Assembly (NCBI GenBank): GCA_004022145.1
Contig: RCNU01000006.1
Origin: Paecilomyces variotii
Lineage: Eukaryota
DNA: 64,000 nt
Direction: 5' to 3' (one strand)
The translations under genes and the position numbers were made by a program. The notes beneath the pieces were generated by a model. It saw only the letters and a program-made list of their open reading frames with translations, was not told the origin of the DNA and did not search any database. Of this stretch, positions 49,338 through 62,963 are shown piece by piece. Numbering within the stretch: position 1 is the stretch's first letter; the number at the start of each line of letters is the position of its first letter.

Positions 49338-50495
49338 TTTGTTGGAGTGGTGGATGTATATATTTTCTTTTCTTTGTTTTTTTTTTCTTTTGCAGAAAAA
49401 AGAGGTGTTAAGAGGTAATAATAATAATGGATCTAAAGTGATAGAAAATAGGATAAAGTTCCAGCATGCAAACTTATAGGCAATGCGATAAGATAAAAAA
49501 AAGCAAAAAAGAAAAACAGAAGTTCCTCCAAAAGTGATATGTATATACTTCTAGCTCGTACCTGACGATCGTCGCGACGATCTCAAAAAGAACAACAATA
49601 ACACATTACTAATTTGTTTAGTAGTGTAGTTATGTACAGTACAATTCTATCATCGATAAGCTCAATGATGAAGTCATTCTCTCTCCCAGTCTCTCTCTCT
49701 CTCGACGCGTAGATTGGCAGACGCGTTTTTTTGTCTGCTCCACTCTGCAGCCGAACCCCATCAAGGGAGGGCCTCAACGCTGCCCATGCCGTATGGAAAT
49801 CATACAACATTACTCTAGTGCTGACTCAATATTCTCTAATCCTATGATCATGAGGTCTAGTGATGTGGATTTGGGCTGGAGGAATTTTAATTATGAATGA
49901 TTCCAAATTTAATTAGTATGATTCCAAATCCAACGCCACGAGATGGGGATTCTGTATCCGAAGCTCATACATAGCTCTACTCTAACAGGGATAACGTATC
50001 GGCGGTATGTGCCAGGAATGAATGTCGCAGAATGCAACTAAGTCACTCTCTGACCAGGAGGGAGTGGTGTGTGTTGATCCGGGCGTTGAAACGAAGAATG
50101 TGCGTTCTAACGTGTGTGGAAACGAAGATTCACTCTACATGGCTTGTTCTGGGGTTGGGGCTGTGGGGGATGAGCGAGTGGATTACTGTTTTGAGAAGAC
50201 AAGATGACATTCTAGGAGATGGTGTGTGGTAGAATAGGGTATGATCTCTGTCATTCTGAATTAATTGACGTTACATGGCTCTGACGCCAAAGTGGAATTT
50301 TTTTCGAGTTATGAGAAAAATAGAAATAATAAAGACACAAGTCTCAAATGGAGAATAGAAATTACATCGTACAGCGTTTTGGTATCCGTATTTTGAAAGG
50401 GGGTTCGTGTTCCTGGATATCATCTCAATGTCCTGGTCAAGGAGCAAGCGTTATCATGTTATTAGCGTCAAGATGTTGGTTAGCCATGGGGCCAT

Positions 50496-51211
50496 TTACA
50501 GGGCCATGGCAGCTGCAACAACAGCCATGAGACCAGCGGCGGAAACGCCAAGCTGGAGATGGTCAGCAGCGTTGGAGGTGGACTCGGTGCTCGAAGCAGA
50601 GCTGGTGCCAGAGCTGGAACCGGAGTCGGATTTGGAGCCGGACTTGGAGGAGGAATCAGAAGAGGAGCTGGACGATCCAGAGCTAGTGGCCTGAGCCTTG
50701 GCTAAGCAAAGTGTCAGCTTGTTTCTATACTAAAAGACGGAAAGTAACTGAGACACTATACGTACCAGTGTTTGCAACGTAGGCTCCGCTACCGGTAGTG
50801 CTGGCGGCGGTGGCCTGTCCGTTGGACGAGTCTCCGCTGGCAGTAGCAGGGAAGAACAGAGAGCTGAAGCAGCTCTGCTGGCACTGCGCGTACTTCTGAG
50901 TATCAGCGGGCGTACCGCTACCCTGAGGGCAGGCAGCAGCACAAGCGGTGGTGTCGTTGGCCATCGCATCGTTCGGGCAAGGAACCTTGTAGCACTGGGC
51001 CTTGCAGCAGACGTCGCTGGCAGCACCTGAAGAGAGATCGTTAGGAACTACTTTTTGAGAGCGTCATCTTGGGACTTGAGAAGAACTTACATTTGGCCGC
51101 GCAGGATGCTTCAGGAGACAGAGAAGCAGTCGCGGAAGCAGACGAGGAAGTGCTGTCCGCGGCAGCAGCGAAGGCCAGGAGGCCGGAGAGGACGAAGAGA
51201 TTGAACTTCAT
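50496..51211 (-). CDS. GPI-anchored Ser-rich cell-wall protein with Cys-rich N-terminal domain, 3 exons
   Basis: Signal peptide MKFNLFVLSGLLAFAAAA; CKAQCYKVPCP..CAAACPQGSG..CQQSC; Ser/Gly stalk; hydrophobic tail SNAADHLQLGVSAAGLMAVVAAAMAL*. Confidence 0.88.
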
Positions 51212-52076
51212 TGTGACGGTTTCAAGAAGTAGCAAACAGAACTGGGTATTATTGTGTGGTTATCTGGAAATCCTGAACGACTGTCTGAAAACGAATGACT
51301 GTATGTCGCGTCCAAACGAGCGAGAACAAGCGCGCGCAGAGCAGCTTTCTAAAGATTCTGATCGAGAAGCAAAAACAACACCTGGGGGGAGGTGAGGTCT
51401 GCTGGGTCGTATTTAAGCTACTCGCATGGTTTATTCCTGGAGCTGGGCTGAATCTAGCATAGACTCGTTTCCCCAGCTCTCGATTTCATTCGCGACGTGT
51501 CACTGTTGGCATGGATACGAAGGCTGACATTCTGCATATTGATTCGCCGATGGCTTGTTGTGAGGTTTTTCCAAGGTCTTCCAAGGTTACACACAGCACT
51601 GTGATCCCGTCTTTAGGTTCAATAATAATAATAGAACATGTCTAATTTAGCTGAATTCTCTCAAGGACTTTTGGCTTTGACATGATGTATTACTGTCTTT
51701 GTGCTGCCCATTGAGGAGTCTCTACGTAGACCTATAGAAGAAAAACCCCTCGAATATCACCACCCTTAGATACTGACCGCAACAACTGAAGATCAATAAG
51801 TGACCTGGACGTGCGGGAACACTTTTCAAACTCAGCATAATAATAGCAGATCGATCTCGTAGCTCCACTCTAGCGCTGTCTAGTAGTTTCTGCCGCCCAC
51901 TTGGCTAGATCGTTAGCTCCTGCAATGTGCGGAGAATCGAGATGGGGAGAGTCTTGGGCTTACTTAGGCTCTTAGCCAAGTTAGGCGAGTCTTATTATGA
52001 ACTACTATTATTATTCGCGCCCATACAAACCCAGCAAACTGTTGCGGATAGTCACATGATATCGCGCATCGCTGTG

Positions 52077-52082
52077 ACGCGT
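52077..52082. promoter_or_regulatory. Possible MCB element (ACGCGT) upstream of mph1
   Basis: MluI-box consensus about 105 bp before a DNA-repair gene start, with nearby CGCG cores. Confidence 0.35.
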
Positions 52083-52187
52083 GACCACCGCGACTGATGA
52101 TAATCGACTGATACGAGTACTCCATTATTTATCCACCTCGGCAGCAAGACCGTCCTGGAGTCTGCTACGAAAGGCATTCATTGAGTC

Positions 52188-55100
52188 ATGTCATTCATTG
52201 GCGATGATGATGACGACGAGTACAGTGATTGGAATGACGATGACCTGTTGGTTGCCGCAACGCAGGCCGGCGCATTTGAGTCGACTGCGACGGCCAGCGA
52301 TCTCGACTCTCCTCGACCGACTAAGCGGCGCCGCATGAGTGCTGCACGTGAAGACAATTCTTCTTCCTCGCAAATTGAAAGGGAGTCCAACGCGCGCACA
52401 AGCTCATTTATCGATCATGATCTTCCATCGCCGCCCCGCAGACGACCATCGGTGGACGACGAAAGTGACGGCCCGGAGGAGGTCAAGTCGAAGTACAAAA
52501 GTTTTGTTCCCAAGCGCACCAACGCTCTAGAAAACACATTCGTCACCCAGTTGACGCAGCCCCATTCGAGCCCTTCGAAGATACGTGGGCCGCGCTGGAA
52601 GAAGCCAGCTCCTGATCTTCCATCTGAGACAGAGAAGAGAGCTGCGGATGAGCAAAAGGACGGTCAAAACGCCGACGACGATGACGATTTGCGAGCCGCG
52701 ATAGCTGCCTCTTTAGAATCATACCGTGCTGAAAGCTCGAATACAGGCAATGATTCTTTCTCAAGTAATGCTCAACGGCCAACGCATGCTTCTCATCCCC
52801 CAGCTGCAGACTCGTTCGACTTTGACGATATACCCGAAGATGCATTCGATTCTTCTCCGTCGCTGTCTCCTCAACCGGGACCGCCCGCTCACCCAGTTAC
52901 AACCGCAAACCAGTTCACAAGACCTAACCCAAGTCTACACAGGACAAGTCTCCGCCAAACGACCTTGTTTGGTATGGTGGCACCCGATACGAGCGCATCA
53001 GGCCAGCCTTCAGCTGAAAATTGGTTTCCTGAGGATAAGAATGAGCCTCCTACGCATCATAAACTGAACCAGGATGCGTTGGAAACGTGGGTTTACCCAA
53101 CCAACTTGGGAAAGATACGAGATTACCAGTTCAACATTGCCCAGAAAGGTCTGTTCTATAACTTGTTGGTGGCGCTACCAACAGGTCTTGGTAAGACCTT
53201 CATCGCCGCAACGGTCATGTTGAACTGGTTTCGCTGGACCAAGGACGCACAGATTGTCTTCGTGGCACCAACAAAACCACTAGTTTCCCAGCAAGTCGGT
53301 GCTTGTTTTGGCATTGCCGGTATCCCTCGATCTCAGACGACGATGCTTACTGGAAATGCCGCACCTGGCATCCGCGCTGAGGAATGGCAGAATAAACGGG
53401 TCTTTTTCATGACACCACAGACCTTAGTCAATGACTTGAAAACGGGCATAGCGGATCCGAAGCGGATCGTCTTACTCGTTGTCGATGAAGCTCATCGTGC
53501 CACTGGAGGATACGCCTATGTCGAGGTGGTGAAGTTTCTGCGGCGGTTTAATAGCAGCTTCAGAGTGCTTGCTTTGACTGCGACGCCAGGTTCCACCGTT
53601 GAAGCTGTCCAGGCGGTCATTGACGGTTTGGACATCGCCAGAGTAGAGATCCGTACTGAACAGTCACTTGATATTCGGGAGTACGTCCATGCACGGAATA
53701 TCGAGACTGAAGTCTTCGAATATTCGGAAGAGATGTTGTTTTGTATGGATCTCTTTTCCAAGGCCCTACAGCCCGCTGTTGATCAACTCCGTCAGCTGAA
53801 CGCTTATTGGGGCAGAGACCCGATGATGCTCACGGCCTTTGGACTGACAAAAGCAAGACAGCAATGGATGGCTTCCGACGCTGGAAGAAATGCGAGCTTC
53901 GGTTTGAAGGGGAAGATCAACGCAATCTTCACTGTTCTAGCCAGTCTTGCCCACGGTATAGACCTTCTAAAGTATCATGGGATCGTACCTTTTTACCGCA
54001 ACCTTGTCTCCTTTCAGTCTGGGGTTGATGAGAAGAAGGGCGGAAAGTACCAGCGCCAGATTGTTCAGGACGACAATTTCAAAAAGCTTGTGCGCCATCT
54101 ACAACTGTGGACCAGCAACGAGGAGTTTATCGGCCATCCAAAATTGGAATATCTAAGGCAGGTCGTTCTCAACCACTTCATGGATAGAGGGGAAGGTACC
54201 GGTACTGGTGATGACCAGCCTCAATCAAATACAAGAATCATGATCTTTGTGCATTTCCGAGATAGTGCCGAGGAGGTAACAAGGGTCTTGAAAAGACACG
54301 AGCCTTTAATACGACCACATGTCTTTGTCGGGCAGGCTAGTGCTAAAGGCTCGGAAGGGATGGACCAGAAGACCCAGTTGAACATCGTTGAGAAATTCAA
54401 GAAGGGTACTTACAACACCATAGTTGCGACCTCTATCGGTGAGGAAGGGTTGGATATTGGTGAAGTCGACCTTATCGTGTGTTATGACTCGTCCGCATCA
54501 CCAATCAGGATGTTACAGCGAATGGGACGTACTGGAAGAAAGAGAGCAGGTAACATCGTCCTGCTGCTGATGAAGGGAAAGGAAGAGGAGTCCTACATCA
54601 AGGCGAAGGACAACTATGAAAAGATGCAACAACTTATCGCCAGTGGCACGCGGTTTACTTTTCATGACGACATATCACCCCGGATCTTGCCACGAGATAC
54701 AAAACCAGCAGTCGATAAGCGGAAAATTGACATCCCTCCTGAAAATTCTCAACAGGAACTGCCAGAACCAAAGAAGAGGGCTCGTCCTCCGAAACGTCCT
54801 CCGAAGAAATTCCACATGCCCGATGATGTGGAGACGGGCTTCACTAAGGCATCCAGTTTGGGTCCCAAAGGAGCTCAGAAGGAATCGACAGGAATAAAAA
54901 AATGGGCCCGTGTCGTTCGTACTCCCACCCCGGAACCTGTCAGTGTGCCTTCCCTCGACGAAGTCTTGCTTACGCCTTCAGAACAACGGGAACTAGAGCT
55001 CCGGTACTGCAATGTAGGTGGGACGACACCGCAGTTTATCCAGCGTCCCAAGAATGATGCTTTCCCTCGTCTGCAGCGTGAACCCAGACCGACAAAATCT

Positions 55101-55559
55101 GTGCAGCATGGTTCGATGACTCGCCGGATGATCGGAGCATTTCGAAGGATGGCGGAGGTCCCCATGGACTGTGAGGATCATTACAGGAAGATAATCGATC
55201 TTGAAAAGAAGGCAGCCTCCAGCAAGCGACTTTCACGAAGAGATGCATCCCATGAAAGTCTGGACGATGCAGACACCGCCGTCAATACGCCAACAAGGCA
55301 CAATAGCAGTCCTAACGCTATTCATGACTCAGGATTTGCAGGTAGCCATTCACCGCAGTCGTCTCCGTTGATGTGTTCGCCATTTAAACTTGAAGATAAG
55401 GAGCCTAAACCGTTCTATGCGTCCCAATTGAGCGATGTGGATGGCATGGAGACGAACTTGGATCTTCCAGATATAAGCGCACTCGTTGGCAAAAGCACTC
55501 ACGCAAGACATTCCAGAAAACGCGCTAGGATTATTGCAGATGATGATAGCGATGAATGA
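52188..55559 (+). CDS. mph1: ATP-dependent DNA helicase Mph1/FANCM
   Basis: [62 protein letters not shown]. Confidence 0.96.
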   Translation: MSFIGDDDDDEYSDWNDDDLLVAATQAGAFESTATASDLDSPRPTKRRRMSAAREDNSSSSQIERESNARTSSFIDHDLPSPPRRRPSVDDESDGPEEVKSKYKSFVPKRTNALENTFVTQLTQPHSSPSKIRGPRWKKPAPDLPSETEKRAADEQKDGQNADDDDDLRAAIAASLESYRAESSNTGNDSFSSNAQRPTHASHPPAADSFDFDDIPEDAFDSSPSLSPQPGPPAHPVTTANQFTRPNPSLHRTSLRQTTLFGMVAPDTSASGQPSAENWFPEDKNEPPTHHKLNQDALETWVYPTNLGKIRDYQFNIAQKGLFYNLLVALPTGLGKTFIAATVMLNWFRWTKDAQIVFVAPTKPLVSQQVGACFGIAGIPRSQTTMLTGNAAPGIRAEEWQNKRVFFMTPQTLVNDLKTGIADPKRIVLLVVDEAHRATGGYAYVEVVKFLRRFNSSFRVLALTATPGSTVEAVQAVIDGLDIARVEIRTEQSLDIREYVHARNIETEVFEYSEEMLFCMDLFSKALQPAVDQLRQLNAYWGRDPMMLTAFGLTKARQQWMASDAGRNASFGLKGKINAIFTVLASLAHGIDLLKYHGIVPFYRNLVSFQSGVDEKKGGKYQRQIVQDDNFKKLVRHLQLWTSNEEFIGHPKLEYLRQVVLNHFMDRGEGTGTGDDQPQSNTRIMIFVHFRDSAEEVTRVLKRHEPLIRPHVFVGQASAKGSEGMDQKTQLNIVEKFKKGTYNTIVATSIGEEGLDIGEVDLIVCYDSSASPIRMLQRMGRTGRKRAGNIVLLLMKGKEEESYIKAKDNYEKMQQLIASGTRFTFHDDISPRILPRDTKPAVDKRKIDIPPENSQQELPEPKKRARPPKRPPKKFHMPDDVETGFTKASSLGPKGAQKESTGIKKWARVVRTPTPEPVSVPSLDEVLLTPSEQRELELRYCNVGGTTPQFIQRPKNDAFPRLQREPRPTKSVQHGSMTRRMIGAFRRMAEVPMDCEDHYRKIIDLEKKAASSKRLSRRDASHESLDDADTAVNTPTRHNSSPNAIHDSGFAGSHSPQSSPLMCSPFKLEDKEPKPFYASQLSDVDGMETNLDLPDISALVGKSTHARHSRKRARIIADDDSDE

Positions 55560-55930
55560 TTAATAGATGGGTCTGGAGTATTCGGGATGTTGGATATAGC
55601 GGCTGGCCAGCTTGGTTCAAGTCAAATTGGAGTATTGGGCACTTTTTGGCACTACACATTGTGTGATAGAACGGACTGGAATCGATATGATACCCCTTGT
55701 CCAGAATTAATTTCTACATAACTTCTCTATTTTCTTTTTGCATACTAGTTGTTTGTTTTGCCTCTGTAGTTGTGGCGTTGGTAAACCTCCCAGTGCGGTG
55801 TGATTGCTGACCCCACGGGCCACGGCTTCCGCCGTGTCTGCGCACGCCCCCATACTTACTCCGCCAACTTCACGCCGCGAGTCCATCTCCGAGTTTCAAG
55901 AGTACCAGCTTTCCCACAGCATCAACAATC

Positions 55931-57091
55931 ATGGCCGACGCACAGTTTGACAGTGCACTGTGAGTAACTGCCTCTCTTGATCCAAATCGATCCTATTCCC
56001 TATCCTTCTCCTTGGAATGTCTTCTGTGAAGCACATCATCGATCTCAACCCCGCATCCTGACCGCCGCTGACCATGACATCCCCATGCCAGGGACCTGCT
56101 CCGCCGCCTATCACCGCGTGACACCAAGCGCAATCTGCAAGCAATCACCACTATCGTTCCAGACTTGACAGAAGACCTTCTTGCCTCTGTCGACCAGCCG
56201 CTCGAGATCCGACGATGTGCTAAGTCGAACCGTGATTATCTACTCTGCGACTACAACCGTGACGGCGACAGCTACCGGTCGCCATGGAGCAACGAATTCG
56301 ATCCCCCAATCGAGGACGGAACTGTGCCCAGTGAGAGAGTCAGGAAATTGGAGGTCGCTGCGAACGAGGCATTCGACGTGTACCGCGAGCTGTACTATGA
56401 GGGCGGAGTCGGCAGTGTCTACTTCTGGGATCTGGATGACGGCTTCGCAGGGGTTGTGTTGCTCAAGAAAGGTTATTATCTCTTCTCGTAATGGTCATTG
56501 ACGATAATACGCGCTGTATACTGAAGGAGACACCAGCGGTTACTCCCGGCTCAAAGAGCTCCGGCGCATGGGACAGTATCCATGTCTTCGAGGCGACCGA
56601 TCGTGCACGCATGTCCCATTACAAGCTTACAAGTACCGTCATCCTGCACCTAGCCAGCGAAACGGATGCGCTTGGAGAGATGGATCTTAGCGGAAACATG
56701 ACCAGACAGGTCGAAGCAGACCTTCCTGTCGAGTCGGACGCCAGCCATGTTGCCAACGTGGGCAGATTGGTTGAAGATATGGAATTGAAGATGAGGAACT
56801 TGCTACGTAAGTCTCCTTCCCTTTTTATGTTGCGCTTTGGCATGGTCAATAGAGCCCACGCAAGGTCGGTTGTCTAGTCAGGTGCTGATTTGTCTTCTGA
56901 TCCGCAGAGGAGGTTTATTTCGGAAAGGCAAAGGACGTTGTAGGCGACCTGCGAAGTAAGTCAACGCGCTCCCTATCGTACAAGCCATGTACCTTTGCCT
57001 TGTTAACCTCTCTGCAGGCCTGGCACCCTTATCGGAGACGTCCCGTGAGAGAGCGACTCACAGGGAGATGATCAACTCTATGAAGAGGTAG
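55931..57091 (+). CDS. cap2: F-actin capping protein beta subunit, 5 exons
   Basis: [76 protein letters not shown]. Confidence 0.96.
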
Positions 57092-58731
57092 TATAAGAGA
57101 GCAATGTCTTGTCAATATCATACCCATTAGAACGTTAAGGCTGTTCGAATCAACATCGGCATATGTTTTTCATATTGAGCCCGAGAGACTTTGGCCCTCT
57201 TTAAGTAACTATGTGCCCACCGCAATGTTTTTGGTGTAGTGGTCAGATTGTCCTCGTCGCAAAAGAATGTCTAACCACATAAGGAAACGGTTAAGCTTAC
57301 AAGTACAAGCAACCCTCTTTCTCTAGGATGCAGGTCACGCTCTTTTCTGCAGTTTAATGACTGGCTAAGAAAGATTCCTTGCTTTCAGTAGAGCCTTCTA
57401 GGTTGAGTTGAAGCAGCCCAACGTTCGCTGCCGATCCTGGCATGTTTTGATTGTGCACGTCGACGTGGCCCAGCGTTCGTGACTGTCTAATCGTCTTCTA
57501 GGCCATTTTGAAAGGACCTCCGTGGAACAGCATAACCCTTGATTCTGAAGAGTCTAGATCGGAATTTTGCTCCATGTATCCCCTTTTTGCCCGTTGAACC
57601 GCCTCGCCCTCGTTCTATCTCCTCGATTGGGGAAACGCAGCCTCTCTTTGTTCTCCCTTTCAGACTACCGTTCTCAAGTGCATTATAAATCTCGCAATGC
57701 GCGCCCAATTAGATACCGTCACTGGACTTTCTCTATGCGAGCCTTGGAAACACTGAATTCCAAATATCCAATGGTCTTGCAGTTATAGACCGGCATCTGG
57801 TTAAACCGTAACGGAACCTCCGGACCAGCATTTCTGTGAAAGCATGTGGATGAAGCCGTTGGCTTTAGATCAGCCTCCAAGTCGCAGATGACGAAACAGA
57901 TTCCACGAGCTCCAAGCTGCTATATCTGACGATCTGAATCGTTGCGAGAACTCCTTGCCCTCGACGTGAGACCGCACGGACTTGCTGTTCTTCCTGAACT
58001 AACGCATGGAATTCGTTCCTTCTTCATGCAGTGTCAGCCCTGCGGGTGCTTTTGCGACGCGGACACGGAGGCTCGTGTTAAACTAAATATACCCTGGTCT
58101 TCGATTCACGTCGCGGGTTCCAGCATAGATTAGACTGCATATCTTTGTGAGTAGCAGTGATGCGCCTTCATGGCCAATTGCGAGTCACAGGTACTTCAAG
58201 CTAGATATCCGATTTGGAGCCGATTTATCCACGGTTTTGCTCATTGGTCGACTTCTCCCAAAATGATAGAGTGAGAGAACAGAGCGCAAATGCCACACTG
58301 CAGGCCGAATTTCAGGCTGCCATCCTGTCAATTGCATAACTGTGCGAATTTGTCCGGGCGCGTCATGTCTGGACTTTGATCGTGGTTACCTACTTGATCG
58401 TGGCTCGCTTTCGAAGGCTAGATCCACCTTCACGATCCTTTATTACTCGTATCGTGCTGGCCTTGGTTAGACTCGGCAAAGGTACTTGCTACGGTGTCTG
58501 AGGCCGGTCAGACTCCAGATACCATCAATTGGCCTTCTGTTGGCAAATGTCTCTTGAAAAGTCTCTATTTAAGGCCCCCGTTATTCGATGAACATATCGA
58601 AGACTACCGTGCTTATCCCACGTCATCGCAGATACAACTCCAACATCACTGGCCTATATAGGTCTTACGGTGTCGGATGACTGAAAGTCCTTCCATCTTT
58701 TGTTGCAGATAAGTGCTCTATAGAAGTGGAG

Positions 58732-60465
58732 ATGTCTACGAAACGTGCTTGTGACGCCTGTCACCGAAGGAAGATACGTTGTGCGGGAGGCCAGCCATGC
58801 TGGAACTGCGGACATGCCTCATTGTCCTGTACGTACAACGCTATCCCTCAGAAGAAGGGACCCAAAGGAAATCGGGCGAAGGTCATATCTGAGTTGAGAG
58901 AGACAAAACTGCGAGATCATGCAAATACTGGAGGTTATGTGGACGGCTTCGATACCGTAACACCACCACTTTCGCCACCATCTTCGCATAAATCGGAGAT
59001 CATTGACCAGCAGCTTGTAAGCAGGTGTATTGAAAGCTTCTTTATCCATCTATATCCTACAATTCCGATATTTGAGAAGGGAGCTTTGCTGAACAGGGCG
59101 AAGAATATGTCCACATCTATCGATAACTACTGTCTCATGACATCTCTTTGCGCCTTTGTGCTAACTCAGCCAGGGCACAGAGTGAACGTTAGTGACTTTT
59201 CAGGAGGCTCTCGGTTAACGTCTCATGATCTCGGTAAAGCTACATTTGAAGAAGCCATTCGGATACGAAAATTAAGCTCGTTCATCGAGCGCCCAAATTC
59301 CGATGCAGTTGTAACCGCTTACTTGCTTTTCGGTTGCTGTTTCTACTTGGATAAACATAGTACTGCATGGTTCTACCTCAGGGAAGCTGCCACTCTAGCG
59401 GAGATTATTGGTATGGATGAAGAATCGTATTACTTGTCGACAGATACAACCGCAGGGATAAGGGAAAGGAGATTGTTTTGGGTGATATTCATAACCGAAA
59501 GGTCTATTCATCTATAATGAGATCCTTTGTCAATTTGATACTAACCATCGAGTGTAGATCGTACGCACTTCAAAAGCATCGAAGCCTCACATTGCATCCT
59601 AAGCTGACACTCCCGACATTATATGAAGACTCGAACGACTTTTCCGCTATATCTGCTTTAACTCAGCGTGTGAATCTCTTTCGTCCCCTTGACGATGATT
59701 TTGTCGGGCTCTGGAACAAAACGAAGACTACCTGCACGGCACAGTGGCTGGTCCAACTACAACAGCAATTGACGGATGTCTTACCAGAGAAACTAGCTGG
59801 AACAGAGTCTCAAGTTGCAGACCTTAAAACCACTCAGCAATGGCTCCACATAGTTATCTGGCGTGTCTCGATGGCCAGTGGCTTCTTATCATCTACGTCT
59901 CCCCACCCAGCAATGAGATTCACTTATCCGGTTGATATTGCTCGGGATCTCATCGAAGGCACATCAGATATTGCTCTACGATCGATGAGCATTCACGGTA
60001 GTGCACTCGTAAGGCTTCCGCTTTTTTCGGGAATTATATCGAATAACTTATAACTTTTACTAGACAGAAAAACTGTTCGATATCGCTTGCAGTTTAATGG
60101 ACGTCATGGCATGTACACCCGCAAATCCTTCAACAGCAACCATAGCTGTCGGGCCAAAAACGTACCTCAACCGTCTTTGCTCTCTTCTCTCGCGTCTTCC
60201 AGGAGGATCCTCTCGATATTTACCTGTGCTACTCTCTCGCGTCGATGACTTGGCGACTCCTATCGACATCCAGCCTCTACCTTCGCCGTTTACTAATCCT
60301 GAGTGTTATTTTACAATGAGCCATGGAACAACGTCGGGACTCGTCTCCCCGTCGACTACTCTTGCTTCACCAGGGACTACGGAGGATCTCAACACAGTGG
60401 GACAGCAAGATAACGAAACGCTCAGCCCAGGTATTATCTCCGAGACACCTTTCATACCTCCGTAG
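58732..60465 (+). CDS. Zn(II)2Cys6 transcription factor, COL-26/BglR/AmyR/Mal-activator group
   Basis: KRACDACHRRKIRC..PCWNC..SCTYNAIPQKKGPKG; fungal TF domain AWFYLREA..RRLFWVIFITER; exons 58732-59501, 59558-60008, 60064-60465. Confidence 0.88.
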
Positions 60466-61300
60466 GTCAATGGGTTCACGAGTTATCAGTGGTGGCTGTT
60501 GTTTTCATTTTCTTCTTTTTTTTTTCTGAGAGCGGATTCTGGTTGGAAATTGCTTCTCTGAGCTCGTATTTTATAATGGTATACGGGGAGAATGATCAAT
60601 TGTCTCGTTTTCAGCTATTTTTCTATTGTATTTTCTAGGCAGGCATTTTGGACAGTGTTGGATAAGTTAATATTTAATCAGGATATTGGACTGGCTAAGA
60701 TGACGTAGTGATGTTTGTTTTCCTTGCTCTTGTTCAGTTTTAATTTGTGATGTACTAAGATTATCGTACTGATAGTTCACATGTTTTAAAGATGCTCAGG
60801 GGAAAAGAACTTGGTATATCCCACTGCTCAAGACTTCATCTGTTAACCTTGAGTGGAACATCTCCTCTGAAAATATGTCGCCACGGTCGTTTCTGATACC
60901 CTGTAGTCTCGTATGCGCACGGTAAATGGAGGGGCCCACGGGCGCTGTGTAGTCGCGCGAGATCGATAGTCCACTTGCGCAAGAAACAGTGCTTAGGCCC
61001 CGCGTTGGCCACTGGTTTTGTGAGAATTCAACTCACACAGCAGACATACTCTGCAATCTTACTTGACAGGTGGCCAGACCTGCCATATGTCCTAAAATCG
61101 CATACCATAATGCTATGGTGTCCAGGTAGTAGCTGTAAAGTCTCTCGGACTCGAGAGAACAAATTCAGTAGAGGCGATGCGCCAAGTCGACGTCGTAGCT
61201 CCAAGCGATAGGTTCAACCAAGCCTGCAGTATCTCTGAGTGAAGAAGGTTGCGGTTCATTCGGTCCCTGCAAAACGCATTTTCCGATTGTCGGTGCGGGC

Positions 61301-61870
61301 TCAATCAACCTCCATCTTCGTATCGCTATCCGATGTATTGGGCGCCTTTTCTTTCTGGATCTGCGACACAAATTCCTTTGCTTCAGCCCACAATTCCGCT
61401 TCCTTATCCTTCCCGACAGTATCCTTCCTGCTATTCAGCCAGCTGATCTCAAGCGGGTTCGCTGAGGCAGCCGCTCCACCTGCACCGCCCGCCGCTTCTG
61501 CAGTTCTGGACGTAGGCTCAGGCGCGAGAATCGATGCTTCTTCCAAAGCATAGACCTGACGCCTAAGCCGGACATCGATTGAAGAAAGTAGCGCGAAGTA
61601 CTGCGAAGTCGCGGCTTTGAATGCGGCCTTGTGCGATTCGAGTGTATTGTCCGTTGACTCGGAGTCGCGCGATCGCGTGTTTGTTAGGGATTGGATTGCC
61701 AGTCCGGCGGAGTGAATCAACCTCGTTACATCCTAAGATTTTGTTAGCTTGCTTTCATGTCGAACTTAACTTGTTTATGTTGAGGGGTGGAGGCATACCT
61801 TGTCGATTTCATTCAACTGTCGGATGCGATCCGCTGCGGTGAAGGTCTGATCTGGATTCAGCGAATCCAT
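61301..61870 (-). CDS. med11: Mediator subunit Med11, 2 exons
   Basis: TAADRIRQLNEIDK|DVTRLIHSAGLAIQSLT, YFALLSSIDVRLRRQVYALEEA, ISWLNSRKDTVGKDKEAELW. Confidence 0.85.
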
Positions 61871-62222
61871 GATAGCGATATTTCGTATCTCAGCAGTAAC
61901 AGATACGATTCACGTCGCGTAAGTCGAGCTTGAGAACTCTCGATCTTTCACAGAAGATGGAGTAAGGTACGTAATCACGTGAAGAGCTGGGGAAAGCTGC
62001 GGCTTACATAAGCAGGGCATGCTAGCCCGAAAGGCGATAGTTCAATATCAAAGGAACTCTTTCAACTCCGCCATCTTCATTGTCGCTGTCCTTGGCATGT
62101 TACTTCACTCCTCATGCGACTGCGCTCCTAGAAAATTCCTAGTCTAGGGAATCATATCTTGGCGTCTAGCTGCATGGGTATATATTGAAAACTCGGCATA
62201 TTGACAGAAGACCAAAGACAAA

Positions 62223-62399
62223 ATGTCTGCGCCTGGAGGGGCCCCGAGCCCTGCGCCGCGCAGTGCAAGTATCGGGCCCGGAGGTGGTATGCCCATGCCT
62301 CCTCAGCAGCCGATGCCTTCTCCCCAGGTTGGCGGTGGTACGCCTGGTTCGGCGACAGGATCGACTGGAGTCATGTCCCAGCAGAACCTTAACCAGATA
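62223..62399 (+). CDS. taf5: First coding exon of probable TFIID subunit TAF5; remainder outside the window
   Basis: MSAPGGAPSPAPRSASIGPGG...MSQQNLNQI followed by GTAAGT; SQQNLNQI recalled as the start of the fungal TAF5 LisH-like helix (LNQIVIDYL). Confidence 0.65.
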
Positions 62400-62963
62400 G
62401 TAAGTGATGCACATGTATCTTTTGAACGCTGTTCTTTTCTGGCCACTCCTTTTCTGCTATTTGCTATGCTTGAGTTATGTGCTATGTTGTCTGGTTGTAC
62501 TTTTCCTATTCGTTTTCTTATTTTTTGCGCGTGGTCTTTCAATATGGTTGGAATGGAATGGTGTGGCAACTCCAGGCTTGGGTAAAGAGTGGGATCCTTC
62601 AATTAAACCAGAGCATGAGACGCCTTATGTGGAAGGATGTCATTGTCAATGCCATCTAAGGGCCTTTTCTCCGCTTGCTGTAATATGGTCAAGCTGGACC
62701 GTGACTCTGGAGTTCATGCAACTGCGTCCATTCACACTATACACCGAGAACGATATAGATACACCGCCCAGAGCCATGTGTTATTTTCATCGGCTGTTCA
62801 GCGGCGGACTCCGTGACATCTCCTTTATGATATCCGGAACAACGCTAGCGCCGACTACTGTTATAACATGGCGTTGCCTGTTTTGTTGTGCTGGTCCCCT
62901 CTTCTCAAAAACGCAATAATCGTCGTTGTGAGACGCGTTATCTTTGCATCCACCGCAAGCAAA